Source: Candidatus Nanopelagicales bacterium (lineage in GTDB: Bacteria > Actinomycetota > Actinomycetes > S36-B12). Taken from it: a stretch of DNA of 64,000 nucleotides. Below are positions 30,490-39,699 of the stretch, in pieces (position 1 is the stretch's first letter; every line of letters starts with the position of its first letter). The position numbers and the translations under genes were made by a program. The notes below the pieces were generated by a model. It did no database searches, was not told the DNA's origin, and was given only the letters and a program-made list of their open reading frames with translations. The stretch is taken from assembly GCA_040266055.1 (NCBI GenBank), contig JBDQFC010000011.1:4377-68376 (forward strand). Direction: 5' to 3'.

Positions 30490-31632
30490 TTAGACGGACC
30501 GCCCGAGAGCGAGCAGTTCTCCGACTTGCTCGAGCCCTTCGAGGTCGTGGACGTCCTCTGCGAGGGCTGGAACTTGAGCCAATGCAACCCCGGGGTGGGC
30601 GCCGGTGAATCTCTCCGTCACGTGATGCTGACGCTCGCGAACCCGCAGTCGGTCCGCGTGCAAGGTGAGTAACCGAGACGTCAAGACGTCTTTGCCCTCC
30701 TCGTGAGCGAGTCGCTCGGCGGCAGCAAGGGCGGTCTCCGCCGTTATGACATCGCGATCGACTGCTTGAACTCGGTTGACGATCAAACCGCCGAGCGGCA
30801 TGTCTTCTGAACGAAGCCGATCCACGAAGTACGAGGCCTCGCGCATGGCGTCCGGCTCGGGAGCCGCGATCACCAAGAAGCGCGTGTTGTCTTGCTGGAG
30901 CAGCTGGAATGTCTTATCTGCTCGTTCGCGGAAGCCACCGAACGTGGTGTCGATCGCCGCGACGAACGTTCCGACGTCGGCCAGCACTTGGGCTCCAAGG
31001 ATCTTGCCGAGAACGCCTGTGAAGATGCCAAATCCCGCTGCCGCCAGTCGCCCCAGACCGCGCCCGGCGCCGCGTGCAGGAGCGGTGAGGATGCGGATGA
31101 AGCGACCGTCCAAGAACGATCCGAGTCGGGCCGGTGCGTCGAGAAAATCAAGCGCGCTTCGAGACGGTGGGGTGTCGACGATGATCAAGTCCCAGGGAGC
31201 GTCGTCTTGGGCATGCAATTGGCCCAACTTCTCCATGGCCATGTATTCCTGTGTTCCAGCGAATGACGACGACAAGGCTTGATAGAACGGGTTATCAAGA
31301 ATCTGAGCAGCGCGTTCGGGATCAGCGTGGGCTTCGACGACTTCATCGAAGGTCCGCTTCATGTCGAGCATCATCGCGTGAAGCGAACCGTCGCCATTGA
31401 CGACGTCTACTTGACGCGGGGTGTTGTCTAGTTCGGACAGGCCCATGGCCTGCGCGAGTCGACGCGCTGGATCGATGGTCAGAACGCATACATTGCGTCC
31501 GCGCTGAGCAGCCCGTAGTGCGATAGCCGCAGCGGTGGTTGTTTTTCCGACACCGCCCGCTCCCGTGCAGACCATGATCGACACGGATGGATCATCAATG
31601 AGCGCGTCGATATGTAGCGAAATGGGCTCCAT
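30490..31632 (-). CDS. ArsA/Get3-like ATPase (Rv3680-like)
   Basis: GAGGVGKTT, LTIDPARRLA, FAGTQEYMAMEKL and VDTPP. Confidence 0.88.
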   Translation of the reverse strand: MEPISLHIDALIDDPSVSIMVCTGAGGVGKTTTAAAIALRAAQRGRNVCVLTIDPARRLAQAMGLSELDNTPRQVDVVNGDGSLHAMMLDMKRTFDEVVEAHADPERAAQILDNPFYQALSSSFAGTQEYMAMEKLGQLHAQDDAPWDLIIVDTPPSRSALDFLDAPARLGSFLDGRFIRILTAPARGAGRGLGRLAAAGFGIFTGVLGKILGAQVLADVGTFVAAIDTTFGGFRERADKTFQLLQQDNTRFLVIAAPEPDAMREASYFVDRLRSEDMPLGGLIVNRVQAVDRDVITAETALAAAERLAHEEGKDVLTSRLLTLHADRLRVRERQHHVTERFTGAHPGVALAQVPALAEDVHDLEGLEQVGELLALGRSV

Positions 31633-32621
31633 TAGCGCGCCCCTTGTTCTGTGAGGTCGCCTGCGAGTTCGTAAAGGCTGCTCAAGTCGATGCCGTCACT
31701 GAGGTACGGCAATTGGAGTACTGGAAGATCGAGTTGGTCCAATCTTTCGACCTCTCGACGTTCGAGTTGGACCCGCTGCGCATGGTCGCGGCCTTCGCGG
31801 GTGAGGATCTGAGCGATCGTGCTTACATCGGATGTCAGTCCGCCACGCACGATGTCTTCTTCGATGTCCGCAATCGGCAGGGTCCCGGCGAGCGCCATCT
31901 CGATCTCTGCGTCGGTGAGCTTTGGAGGCCTGGTCATGTTCACGAAGACCCCGCCAACTGGTAGTTCGGCTTCTCTTAGTTCGTGAACTCCATCGAGGGT
32001 CTCTTGGATCGGCATCTCCTCGAGCAGAGTCACGAGGTGAACGGCGGTCTGGGGAGAAGCGATGACGCTCATCACGAGATCTGCGTGGTTGCGAATCGGG
32101 CCTACCTTCGCCAGGCCGGAAACCTCGCTGTTGACGTTTAAGAAGCGCGTGATGCGTCCGGTGGGTGGAGCGTCGAGAACAACGGCGTCGTAGGCGTTGG
32201 CCTCTTGTTTCTCTGCTCGTCGCACCACCTCGCACGCCTTACCGGTCAGCAGGACATCGCGTAGGCCAGGCGCGATAGTCGTCGCGAAGTCGACAGCACC
32301 CATCCTGCGGAGGGCAGATCCGGCCCGACGCAGGTTGTAGAAGATCTCGAGATAGTCCAGCAGGGCGTCCTCTGGATCGACCGCAAGAGCCCAAACTTCG
32401 CCCCCGCCGGGCGCCACAGCGACCTTGCGCTCCTCGTATGGCAAGGGGGGAACGTCGAAAAGTTGAGAGATGCCTTGCCGGCCCTCAACCTCCATCAGGA
32501 GTGTGCGCCGCCCGTCTCGAGCTAGGGCCATGGCGAGTGCGGCGGCGATCGTCGTCTTGCCGGTACCCCCCTTACCGGAAACAACGTGGAGTGAGACTCC
32601 TGGCCAGAGGGCTTGTGTCAC
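31632..32621 (-). CDS. ArsA/Get3-like ATPase (Rv3679-like)
   Basis: SGKGGTGKTT, EVEGRQG, IAPGLRDVLLTGK and DAPPTGR. Confidence 0.88.
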   Translation of the reverse strand: MTQALWPGVSLHVVSGKGGTGKTTIAAALAMALARDGRRTLLMEVEGRQGISQLFDVPPLPYEERKVAVAPGGGEVWALAVDPEDALLDYLEIFYNLRRAGSALRRMGAVDFATTIAPGLRDVLLTGKACEVVRRAEKQEANAYDAVVLDAPPTGRITRFLNVNSEVSGLAKVGPIRNHADLVMSVIASPQTAVHLVTLLEEMPIQETLDGVHELREAELPVGGVFVNMTRPPKLTDAEIEMALAGTLPIADIEEDIVRGGLTSDVSTIAQILTREGRDHAQRVQLERREVERLDQLDLPVLQLPYLSDGIDLSSLYELAGDLTEQGAR

Positions 32622-32681
32622 TCCTCCACCCTATGCCTGCATCGCGAGGCCTCGCTTGGCTCAGGCACTACCCTGAGGCGC

Positions 32682-32840
32682 ATGACTACATGGGAGTATG
32701 CAACCGTTCCGTTGCTCATTCACGCGACCAAGCAGATCCTGGACACTTGGGGACAGGACGGCTGGGAACTCGTTCAAGTAGTGCCGGGTCCCAACGCGGA
32801 AAACATGGTTGCCTACCTCAAGCGACCAATCGAGGGGTGA
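32682..32840 (+). CDS. DUF4177 small protein
   Basis: WEYATVPLLIHATKQILDTWGQDGWELV. Leaderless TACCCT-N7-ATG. Confidence 0.85.
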   Translation: MTTWEYATVPLLIHATKQILDTWGQDGWELVQVVPGPNAENMVAYLKRPIEG

Positions 32841-32847
32841 GTCACCG

Positions 32848-33309
32848 ATGACAGCAAGTGCGCGCTTGAACGATTTGGGCATTGAGCTGCCGGCAGTTGC
32901 CGCGCCGCTTGCGTCCTACGTCCCTGCCCTTCGCAGTGGAAACTATGTCTATACCGCTGGCCAACTCCCGCTGGTTGAAGGCGAGCTCCTCGCCACAGGC
33001 AAGGTGGGTGCGGATGTCGATGAGGCGACGGCGCACGAATGTGCTCGCGCGTGCATTCTCAACGGACTTGCGGCTGTTGCATCTGTCGCCGGTGGAATCG
33101 ACAACATCTCCCGCATCGTCAAGGTCGTCGGGTTTGTCGCGAGTGAGCCATCGTTCTCTGGTCAGCCCGCCGTCATTAATGGTGCGAGCGACCTCCTCGG
33201 TGAGATCTTTGGTGATGCCGGCATACACGCTCGGTCGGCAGTCGGAGTAGCGGTACTTCCTAAAGACGCTCCTGTCGAGATCGAGATGATCGTTGAGGTC
33301 GTCGACTGA
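32848..33309 (+). CDS. RidA/YjgF family protein
   Basis: YVPA, YTAGQLP, NGASDL and HARSAVGVA.LP..APVE.E. Confidence 0.9.
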   Translation: MTASARLNDLGIELPAVAAPLASYVPALRSGNYVYTAGQLPLVEGELLATGKVGADVDEATAHECARACILNGLAAVASVAGGIDNISRIVKVVGFVASEPSFSGQPAVINGASDLLGEIFGDAGIHARSAVGVAVLPKDAPVEIEMIVEVVD

Positions 33310-33311
33310 CG

Positions 33312-33968
33312 GTGAATCGTCACGACCGCTGGGTTTCGGTTGCGACTGGCGATGGTCGCTGGGAGCCTCCGGCGGCGAAGGCGGCAGCGACCATGGTCTT
33401 GCTGCGTGAAGACTTGGTACTTCTTCTTAAGCGCAGCGTGACGATGCCTTTTGCTCCGGGAATGCATGTTTTTCCCGGAGGTGGTGTCTCCCGCGAGGAT
33501 CTCGCGGCAGCCGACCCGCTGCTGGCATGCGCCATCCGCGAAACGGCCGAAGAAGTAGACATCGAGGTCACCGATTGCCGACTGTTCGACCGGTGGGTAA
33601 CGCCCGAGGTGGAGGATCGTCGCTACGACGTCTCGTTTTATCTCGCACGCACCAGTGACGAAGGCCGCTTGACCACATCCGAAGCCACCGAGCTTCGATG
33701 GTTGAAGCCGTCTCAAGCGTTGCAGCTACACGCTCAAGGCCATCTTCCAATGCTGAGGCCGACCGCTGTAGTCCTTCAATGTCTTGCCGACGGGATCATG
33801 GGTGAAGTGCACGCACCGGTAACGGCTCCCGTTCCGAAACTTCCACGTATGAGGCCTGACGGTATGTGGGACATACTTCACGCGGAGACATTCGAGGTTC
33901 TGCAGTCGGAGGTATCAGGTCCGGCGCAGGCCGAGACAGACGGCTCCGAGATGTCCGATGATCGGTGA
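33312..33968 (+). CDS. NUDIX hydrolase
   Basis: FAPGMHVFPGG...AIRETAEE and WVTP...RRYD. Confidence 0.8.
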   Translation: MNRHDRWVSVATGDGRWEPPAAKAAATMVLLREDLVLLLKRSVTMPFAPGMHVFPGGGVSREDLAAADPLLACAIRETAEEVDIEVTDCRLFDRWVTPEVEDRRYDVSFYLARTSDEGRLTTSEATELRWLKPSQALQLHAQGHLPMLRPTAVVLQCLADGIMGEVHAPVTAPVPKLPRMRPDGMWDILHAETFEVLQSEVSGPAQAETDGSEMSDDR

Positions 33969-33986
33969 CAGGAAAGGTCTGACGGG

Positions 33987-34805
33987 GTGAGTGGTCGGCT
34001 TCTGATCGGCGAGGACCGTCAGTGGAGTGGCGGGGTTGCATCGAAATTTGCGGAGTGTGTTCTTGCTCCCAATCCGTCGGCATGGACACTCGACGGCACC
34101 AACACGTGGATTATCGGAGAAGCCGGCGGATCTTGCGTCATCATCGATCCAGGTCCTTTGGGGTCGGGTCATCGGACGGCAATTGAGGAGACCCTCGAGC
34201 GCCGAAGCAATCATCCAACCGGCATTCTTTTGACCCACGGACACCTCGATCACTCCGAGGGCGCTCGTGAACTCGCTCAACGGTTCGGAATTTCACTGCA
34301 TGCATGGGATACAAGCGTGCCCGGTGATGCGTCGATCGAGATTTCGCGCTTCGCGAAGGCTGAGCGATTCGACGTGAACGGTGCTGACATTCGCGTTGTG
34401 CCCACGCCAGGTCACTCATCGGACAGCGTTTGCTTCGTGGTCGAGTCCACGATCATCACCGGCGACACTGTCCTAGGGCGTGGTTCAACTCTCGTTGCAC
34501 ACCCGGACGGTCGGCTCGATGACTACCTGTCGAGTCTGCAAATGCTGGCCCGTGAGTGTGATGACCAGGGCATCACAACACTCCTACCCGGGCATGGACC
34601 GCTCATCGAAGAGCCGCGATCGGTTGTGGAGGCGTACCTTCGCCATCGCTTTGAGCGTCTTGAGGAAATCGCATCGATCATGAAATCTGGTGCCACGACA
34701 GATGCCGAGATCGTGGATCGCGTCTATGTGGATATTCCGCCAGAGGTTCGTCCTGCGGCTCTTGCCACCGTCCGAGCTCAGATCGAGTACTTGCAGCGTT
34801 CTTAG
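33987..34805 (+). CDS. MBL-fold metallo-hydrolase
   Basis: APNP..WTLDGTNTW, THGHLDH, PGHS, TGD and PGHG. Confidence 0.88.
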   Translation: MSGRLLIGEDRQWSGGVASKFAECVLAPNPSAWTLDGTNTWIIGEAGGSCVIIDPGPLGSGHRTAIEETLERRSNHPTGILLTHGHLDHSEGARELAQRFGISLHAWDTSVPGDASIEISRFAKAERFDVNGADIRVVPTPGHSSDSVCFVVESTIITGDTVLGRGSTLVAHPDGRLDDYLSSLQMLARECDDQGITTLLPGHGPLIEEPRSVVEAYLRHRFERLEEIASIMKSGATTDAEIVDRVYVDIPPEVRPAALATVRAQIEYLQRS

Positions 34806-35476
34806 CGAGCGCGCTTGCCAAGACGTTCAACGTCAGTGATGAGAACCTGACGTGATTCAAGTTTGATCCATCCGCGCTGACCGAATTCGGCCAGGGCCTT
34901 GTTGACGGTTTCGCGAGATGCGCCGACAAGTTGAGCCAGTTCCTCTTGAGTCAGGTCGTGTGTGACCAGGAGGCCGTCTGGAGTTAGGGTTCCGAACTTC
35001 TCGCCGAGTTCCATGAGCGCCTTGGCGACACGACCGGGAACGTCGGAGAAGACGAGATCAGCCATCGCGTCGTTGGTACGCCGCAACCGGCGCGCGAGCG
35101 CTTGAAGCAAGGCGGCAGCCACGGCCGGACGGCCCTCAAGGAGTGGCATCAGTTGTTCGTTGCCTAGCGCCAGGACCGTCGCCTCAGTTAGAGCGGTAGC
35201 GGTCGAGGTACGCAGACCTGGGTCGAAGAGACTCAATTCACCAAACATCTCTCCTGGACCCAAGATTGCCATCAACGACTCACGACCATCGGGGGAACCG
35301 TGACCGAGCTTCACCTTGCCGTCGAGAATCAAGTAGAGGTGATCACCGGGTTCGCCCTCGTGAAACAGTTCCTGCCCCTTGGCAACGCGGACCTCACTAA
35401 GCGACGCACGAAGAGCGTCTGCTCCTTGTGGATCCAGCGCCGAGAACAACGGAGTGTTGGCCAAGACGTCGTCCAC
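34802..35476 (-). CDS. crp: cAMP receptor protein (Crp/Fnr family)
   Basis: GELSLFDPG.RT, LVFSDVPGRVAK and HDLTQEELAQLVGASRETVNKAL. Confidence 0.93.
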   Translation of the reverse strand: MDDVLANTPLFSALDPQGADALRASLSEVRVAKGQELFHEGEPGDHLYLILDGKVKLGHGSPDGRESLMAILGPGEMFGELSLFDPGLRTSTATALTEATVLALGNEQLMPLLEGRPAVAAALLQALARRLRRTNDAMADLVFSDVPGRVAKALMELGEKFGTLTPDGLLVTHDLTQEELAQLVGASRETVNKALAEFGQRGWIKLESRQVLITDVERLGKRAR

Positions 35477-35641
35477 GAGGAAGCCCTTCTGTGTGGGGAA
35501 GTCACGCGGCCTCCCGATTGAGTTGGCGTCATTGTGTCGTAGACGTGCTGGGTGAGGCGGTACAGGGTCCTCTCCACCTGCCCTCCCGTGTTGATGCGAC
35601 GCAGAAACCGGGTCGGCATAGTCCGCGCTTACCCTGGAGTC

Positions 35642-36364
35642 ATGGTGCGCACTTCTCCTCCGCTTGACGGCGATCAAATGAAGGAACTTCGCCGCCAAGC
35701 GCGCGCTATTTACCGAGGCCTTTCGAAGCGATATCCCGATGCGCACTGCGAACTGGATTTCACTACGCCGCTGGAACTCCTCGTAGCAACCGTGCTGAGT
35801 GCGCAATGCACAGATCAACGGGTTAACAAGGTCACCCCGGCACTCTTTGCCACCTACCCGAACGCTGCCGCACTTGCCGCTGCCAAGCGAGAGGATCTCG
35901 AACAGGCCATCGCACCCACGGGCTTCTTCCGGCAAAAAGCGCAGACGATCCAGCAGATCGCACAGCGCCTTTGCGACGACTTTGGTGGTGACGTCCCCGG
36001 GAACCTGGACGATCTCGTCTCTCTGCCGGGTGTTGGCCGAAAGACTGCGAATGTTGTCCTCGGCAACGCTTTCGATATCCCGGGCATCACGGTAGACACT
36101 CACTTCGGTCGATTGGCCCGCCGATTTGGGTGGACCGAACAGAAGAACACGGACAAGATCGAAGCCGACGCTGCTGCGCTCTTTCCCGAAAAGGACTACA
36201 CGATGTTGTCGCACTACGTCGTGTGGCATGGCCGACGTATCTGCCATGCACGCAAGCCAGCGTGTGGGGCTTGTCCAGTCGCGTCGTTGTGCCCGAGTTT
36301 CGGCGAGGGCCCCACCGATCCCGAGCAAGCCGAGATTTTGGTTCGGACACAGGGCCGCGCATGA
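35642..36364 (+). CDS. nth: Endonuclease III
   Basis: LSAQCTD, LPGVGRKTANV, VDTH and a C-x6-C-x2-C-x5-C Fe-S motif. Leaderless TACCCT-N6-ATG. Confidence 0.95.
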   Translation: MVRTSPPLDGDQMKELRRQARAIYRGLSKRYPDAHCELDFTTPLELLVATVLSAQCTDQRVNKVTPALFATYPNAAALAAAKREDLEQAIAPTGFFRQKAQTIQQIAQRLCDDFGGDVPGNLDDLVSLPGVGRKTANVVLGNAFDIPGITVDTHFGRLARRFGWTEQKNTDKIEADAAALFPEKDYTMLSHYVVWHGRRICHARKPACGACPVASLCPSFGEGPTDPEQAEILVRTQGRA

Positions 36365-36990
36365 ACCGTCTCGCCCTATTGGTTGTCGGTGCTGTTTTCC
36401 TGACTGGATGCAGTGACGGTGCCCCCGCGGCCACCCAAGCTGAAGCTGCGACCGAGGTTGCTCCGGCTCCAATTGAAACCACTGACAAGGATCCCGATCT
36501 ACTGCCGTTGATCGAAGAAGCGGGGCTTGATCCGTGCCCGATCGGTGAACCGAATCCCGACGCCGCGATCCCAGGCCTTCCGTCGGTCACCTTCCGGTGC
36601 CTGGGTCATGGTCCGGACGTCGACCTGTCTGCGGTGCGTGGCTTGCCCACGGTGGTGAATGTGTGGGCGTCCTGGTGTCCGCCATGTATTGCGGAAATGC
36701 CAATCCTCACTGCTGCAGCCGCCGATCTCAGAGGTGAAGTCCAGTTCCTCGGCGTAGATATCCAAGACCAGGACAGCTCCGCACTGGCCATGATGCGGGA
36801 CTTCGGTGCGGACTTCCCCTCGGTTGTCGACGAAGCCGGCGATATCCGTGGGCTCATGGCCATCTCTGGCCCGCCTGTCACCTTCTTCGTGAACGACAAA
36901 GGCGTGATCGTCGGCCGTCACAATGGCGCGCTACCGAGTACCGAGTACTTCAATGCGTTGCTCGAGCAGTATCTCGGCGTCCTTCGATGA
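36361..36990 (+). CDS. TlpA-like thiol-disulfide oxidoreductase lipoprotein
   Basis: Lipobox FLTGC and NVWASWCPPC..E. Confidence 0.88.
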   Translation: MNRLALLVVGAVFLTGCSDGAPAATQAEAATEVAPAPIETTDKDPDLLPLIEEAGLDPCPIGEPNPDAAIPGLPSVTFRCLGHGPDVDLSAVRGLPTVVNVWASWCPPCIAEMPILTAAAADLRGEVQFLGVDIQDQDSSALAMMRDFGADFPSVVDEAGDIRGLMAISGPPVTFFVNDKGVIVGRHNGALPSTEYFNALLEQYLGVLR

Positions 36991-37643
36991 CGTGGCGAAC
37001 GCTGGGCTACCGAGACGATGAGGCCACTGCCCGGATCCCGACGTGGTTGACGCCGCTTGCTAGCGCCCTGCCGACCGTCAACTCCGGTGATGTCACCCGC
37101 TTTGTGCCTGTTGAGGGAAGCGGTCGTCACGCTGCCGTGCTCGTGCTTTTTGGTGACGGCCCCGATGTGCTCCTAATCGAGCGAGCCCGAGGATCGGACG
37201 CGCACTCTGGACAGCCGGCTTTTCCTGGCGGTGTTGCCGAGGCGATCGACGCAGATGCGACCTCGACGGCCTTGCGCGAGGCGCAGGAGGAGACGGGTGT
37301 CGATGTCGGTGGGATCACCATCTTCGGTGGGCTCCCCGACTTATGGGTGCCGGTGAGCGACTTTGTGGTCTCACCGGTCTTGGGTTGGTGGCACGAACCC
37401 TCAGAGGTTGCTGTCCAAGACACATCTGAGGTCTCGCGGGTGGAGCGAGTCGCCGTAAATGATCTCGTGAATCCTGCCAATCGCTGTACAGCTCTGCATC
37501 CGTCCGGCTATCGCGGTCCCGGCTTCTTGGTAAACGACATGCTCGTGTGGGGTTTCACCGCGGGTGTGCTTGCCGGGATCCTTGACTACGCCGGCTGGTC
37601 ACGCGAATGGGACTCCTCACGCACGGTGCGGATCGAGAGATGA
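36987..37643 (+). CDS. CoA pyrophosphatase (NUDIX)
   Basis: AAVLVLF, HSGQ.AFPGG, ALREAQEETG and VWGFTAG. Confidence 0.88.
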   Translation: MTWRTLGYRDDEATARIPTWLTPLASALPTVNSGDVTRFVPVEGSGRHAAVLVLFGDGPDVLLIERARGSDAHSGQPAFPGGVAEAIDADATSTALREAQEETGVDVGGITIFGGLPDLWVPVSDFVVSPVLGWWHEPSEVAVQDTSEVSRVERVAVNDLVNPANRCTALHPSGYRGPGFLVNDMLVWGFTAGVLAGILDYAGWSREWDSSRTVRIER

Positions 37644-37644
37644 C

Positions 37645-38835
37645 ATGAACCCCGTCGATTGGCTGATGGTCGGAGCTCTCGTTGTCTTCGCGCTCGTGGG
37701 GTGGAGGCAGGGATTCGTCGCAGGCGCGCTGTCCTTCCTTGGATTCCTCGGTGGCGGATTGCTCGCGGTCCTTTGGCTTCCTGACCTCGTCGAGCGGCTC
37801 GTGGAGTCCAGTCCGTTGCGGATTGTTCTCGTTGCGATTGGAGTCCTCGTCAGTGCGGTCGTTGGGCAGGCGCTCTTGTCAATCCTGGGTAGACGCCTAC
37901 GGGCCTCGATGACCTGGCGACCGGTGCGATTCGTCGACAACCTTGGTGGCGCTGCTCTGAATGTTCTCGCTCTAGCACTGGTGGCCTGGGTTGTTGCGAG
38001 CGTGGTTGCGTTTTTGCCTCGCAGTGATGTGACCAGACAGGTTAATCAGTCGATCGTCTTGACCACCACGGACCGACTGCTGCCCGAAGCTGCGCGTTCT
38101 GCGTTCGACGGGTTACGCGATCTTGTCGGTGAGACTGCCGTGCCGCGCGTCTTCGCGGGGCTAGCGCCGATCCCGGGAACGGAAGTCGATGCGCCTATTC
38201 CGGAGCCGGCGCAGGCTGCAGTCGACGTCATCCGCGACTCCAATGTTCGATTGCGAGGAAGCGCGGACGCCTGCGAAACAATCGTCACCGGATCGGGCTT
38301 CGCAATCGAGCCCGAGTTGATTGTGACCAACGCGCATGTTGTCGCTGGAGTCGAGGATCTCGTCGTTCGCGTTCGTCCTCGGCAAACCGCACAACGCGCC
38401 CGCGTCGTTTACTTCGATCCCAACACGGATATCGCATTGGTTCGCACGCAGGGCTTGAATGCCCGGCCCGTTCGGCTCGCGCAAACGAGCTTGGAGTCGG
38501 GCCAGTCGGCGGTTGTTACCGGATTTCCACGGGGAGAGAGATTTGAAGCCCAGTCGGTCCGGGTGCGAACTCGAGTCGATGCGCGGGGAGAGTCCATCTA
38601 CGGAGATCCCGGTGTCGAGCGCGATGTGTATGTCCTTCGGGGCAGCGTGGAACAGGGGAACTCTGGAGGACCCTTAACCGATGAGTTTGGAGAAGTTTTC
38701 GGAATGGTTTTCGCTGCCGGTGTGGATGAGCAGGATGCGGCCTACGCGCTTACAACTGCAGAGATCCGCGAAGCACTGCGCGCTGCCGGACCAGCCGATT
38801 CCCGCGTACCGAACGGCTCATGTGAGTTGCGCTAG
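37645..38835 (+). CDS. marP: MarP-family membrane serine protease
   Basis: N-terminal CvpA-like helices, GSGF, TNAHVVAG, DIA and GNSGGP. Confidence 0.88.
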   Translation: MNPVDWLMVGALVVFALVGWRQGFVAGALSFLGFLGGGLLAVLWLPDLVERLVESSPLRIVLVAIGVLVSAVVGQALLSILGRRLRASMTWRPVRFVDNLGGAALNVLALALVAWVVASVVAFLPRSDVTRQVNQSIVLTTTDRLLPEAARSAFDGLRDLVGETAVPRVFAGLAPIPGTEVDAPIPEPAQAAVDVIRDSNVRLRGSADACETIVTGSGFAIEPELIVTNAHVVAGVEDLVVRVRPRQTAQRARVVYFDPNTDIALVRTQGLNARPVRLAQTSLESGQSAVVTGFPRGERFEAQSVRVRTRVDARGESIYGDPGVERDVYVLRGSVEQGNSGGPLTDEFGEVFGMVFAAGVDEQDAAYALTTAEIREALRAAGPADSRVPNGSCELR

Positions 38836-39213
38836 GGAGACTCGAACGCGGTCAATATCGATGACAGCGGGTATCGATTCGGCTTGAACGGCGCGTTGGA
38901 GTAGGTCTGCTGCTCTGGTGGCGACTCGTGCCGCGCCCACGGGGTTGCCACGCGCTTCGTGGGTGAGCGCAGCACCCCATTGAGCGAGTGCCTGCCAGGC
39001 CTCGCGCTCATTGTCCGGAGCGCACTTCCAACGCTGTTCGAAAACTTCGTGAGCGTGGAAGGGAAGCCCTTGTGCCAGGAAGCCGATGGCCTCCGTCCAC
39101 GCTTGCTCGGCATCAACAAAGTCCCGGTCGGAAACGGTGGGAAAGGCCCGGGAGTCCCCCACGGGCAGAGGGCGGCCGAGGCGATCACGGGGTCGCTCGC
39201 TTGAGGCTGACAC
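38818..39213 (-). CDS. DUF309 domain protein
   Basis: RPRDRLGRPLP, F.AHEVFE..WK and WQALAQ. Confidence 0.8.
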   Translation of the reverse strand: MSASSERPRDRLGRPLPVGDSRAFPTVSDRDFVDAEQAWTEAIGFLAQGLPFHAHEVFEQRWKCAPDNEREAWQALAQWGAALTHEARGNPVGAARVATRAADLLQRAVQAESIPAVIDIDRVRVSLAQLT

Positions 39214-39239
39214 GTCCCGATGGCGTGGTCGGTTGGGTC

Positions 39240-39641
39240 CTACTCGCCGATGGCCGGTTTACCCATGGCTTGCGACACCGCATCGGTCGTCGCCTTCCAT
39301 TCGGTCTGGGCAACGCTGAGTCCGGTGATCTTTCCTGAGCGCACTTTGGCGACCAGGCCGGCGATGACAGCGGCCAGCAGGAGAATTCCCGTAACGATGA
39401 GGAACCCGGCCCAGACAGGTAGTCCTAGTGCTGCGATCCCGAAAGCGAGAGCGATGAGGCCAAAGAGTCCGGCCATCGACAGTCCAGCCAGCGCGATGAT
39501 CCCGAACACCGAGACGACGGCTATCTGTTGACCTGCCTGCTGTGCCTCTGTTTTCGTGAGCGCGACCTGAGCATTGAGCAACTGTTTGGCGTCACGCACG
39601 ACGTTGGAGACCAGAGTCCCCAGGCTTGGTTGATCGGCCAT
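39240..39641 (-). CDS. Actinobacterial 'phage holin family' membrane protein (Rv3669-like)
   Basis: SLG.LV...LL..QV.L.K.E followed by two hydrophobic helices. Conserved position next to nhaA/acs. Confidence 0.75.
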   Translation of the reverse strand: MADQPSLGTLVSNVVRDAKQLLNAQVALTKTEAQQAGQQIAVVSVFGIIALAGLSMAGLFGLIALAFGIAALGLPVWAGFLIVTGILLLAAVIAGLVAKVRSGKITGLSVAQTEWKATTDAVSQAMGKPAIGE

Positions 39642-39699
39642 GGTTCCTCCGTGCGTCGTTGAGCGTGCGTCTGGGTCGACGGCGTTGCGTGTCGTCAGG

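Noticed and set aside
30490-32621. ArsA pair as arsenic resistance
   Set aside because: No arsB/acr3/arsC/arsR nearby. These are the conserved Rv3679/Rv3680-type Get3-like ATPases.
35490-35506. CRP autoregulatory site upstream of crp
   Set aside because: The GTG...CAC spacing is 7 or 9 nt, not the required 8.
34802-36472. 556-aa minus-strand ORF suggesting an extended Crp
   Set aside because: The extension is antisense to nth. Crp starts at GTG 35476.
39240-39641. 'Phage holin' as evidence of a prophage
   Set aside because: This family is a conserved chromosomal gene in the nhaA/acs region, and no phage genes are nearby.
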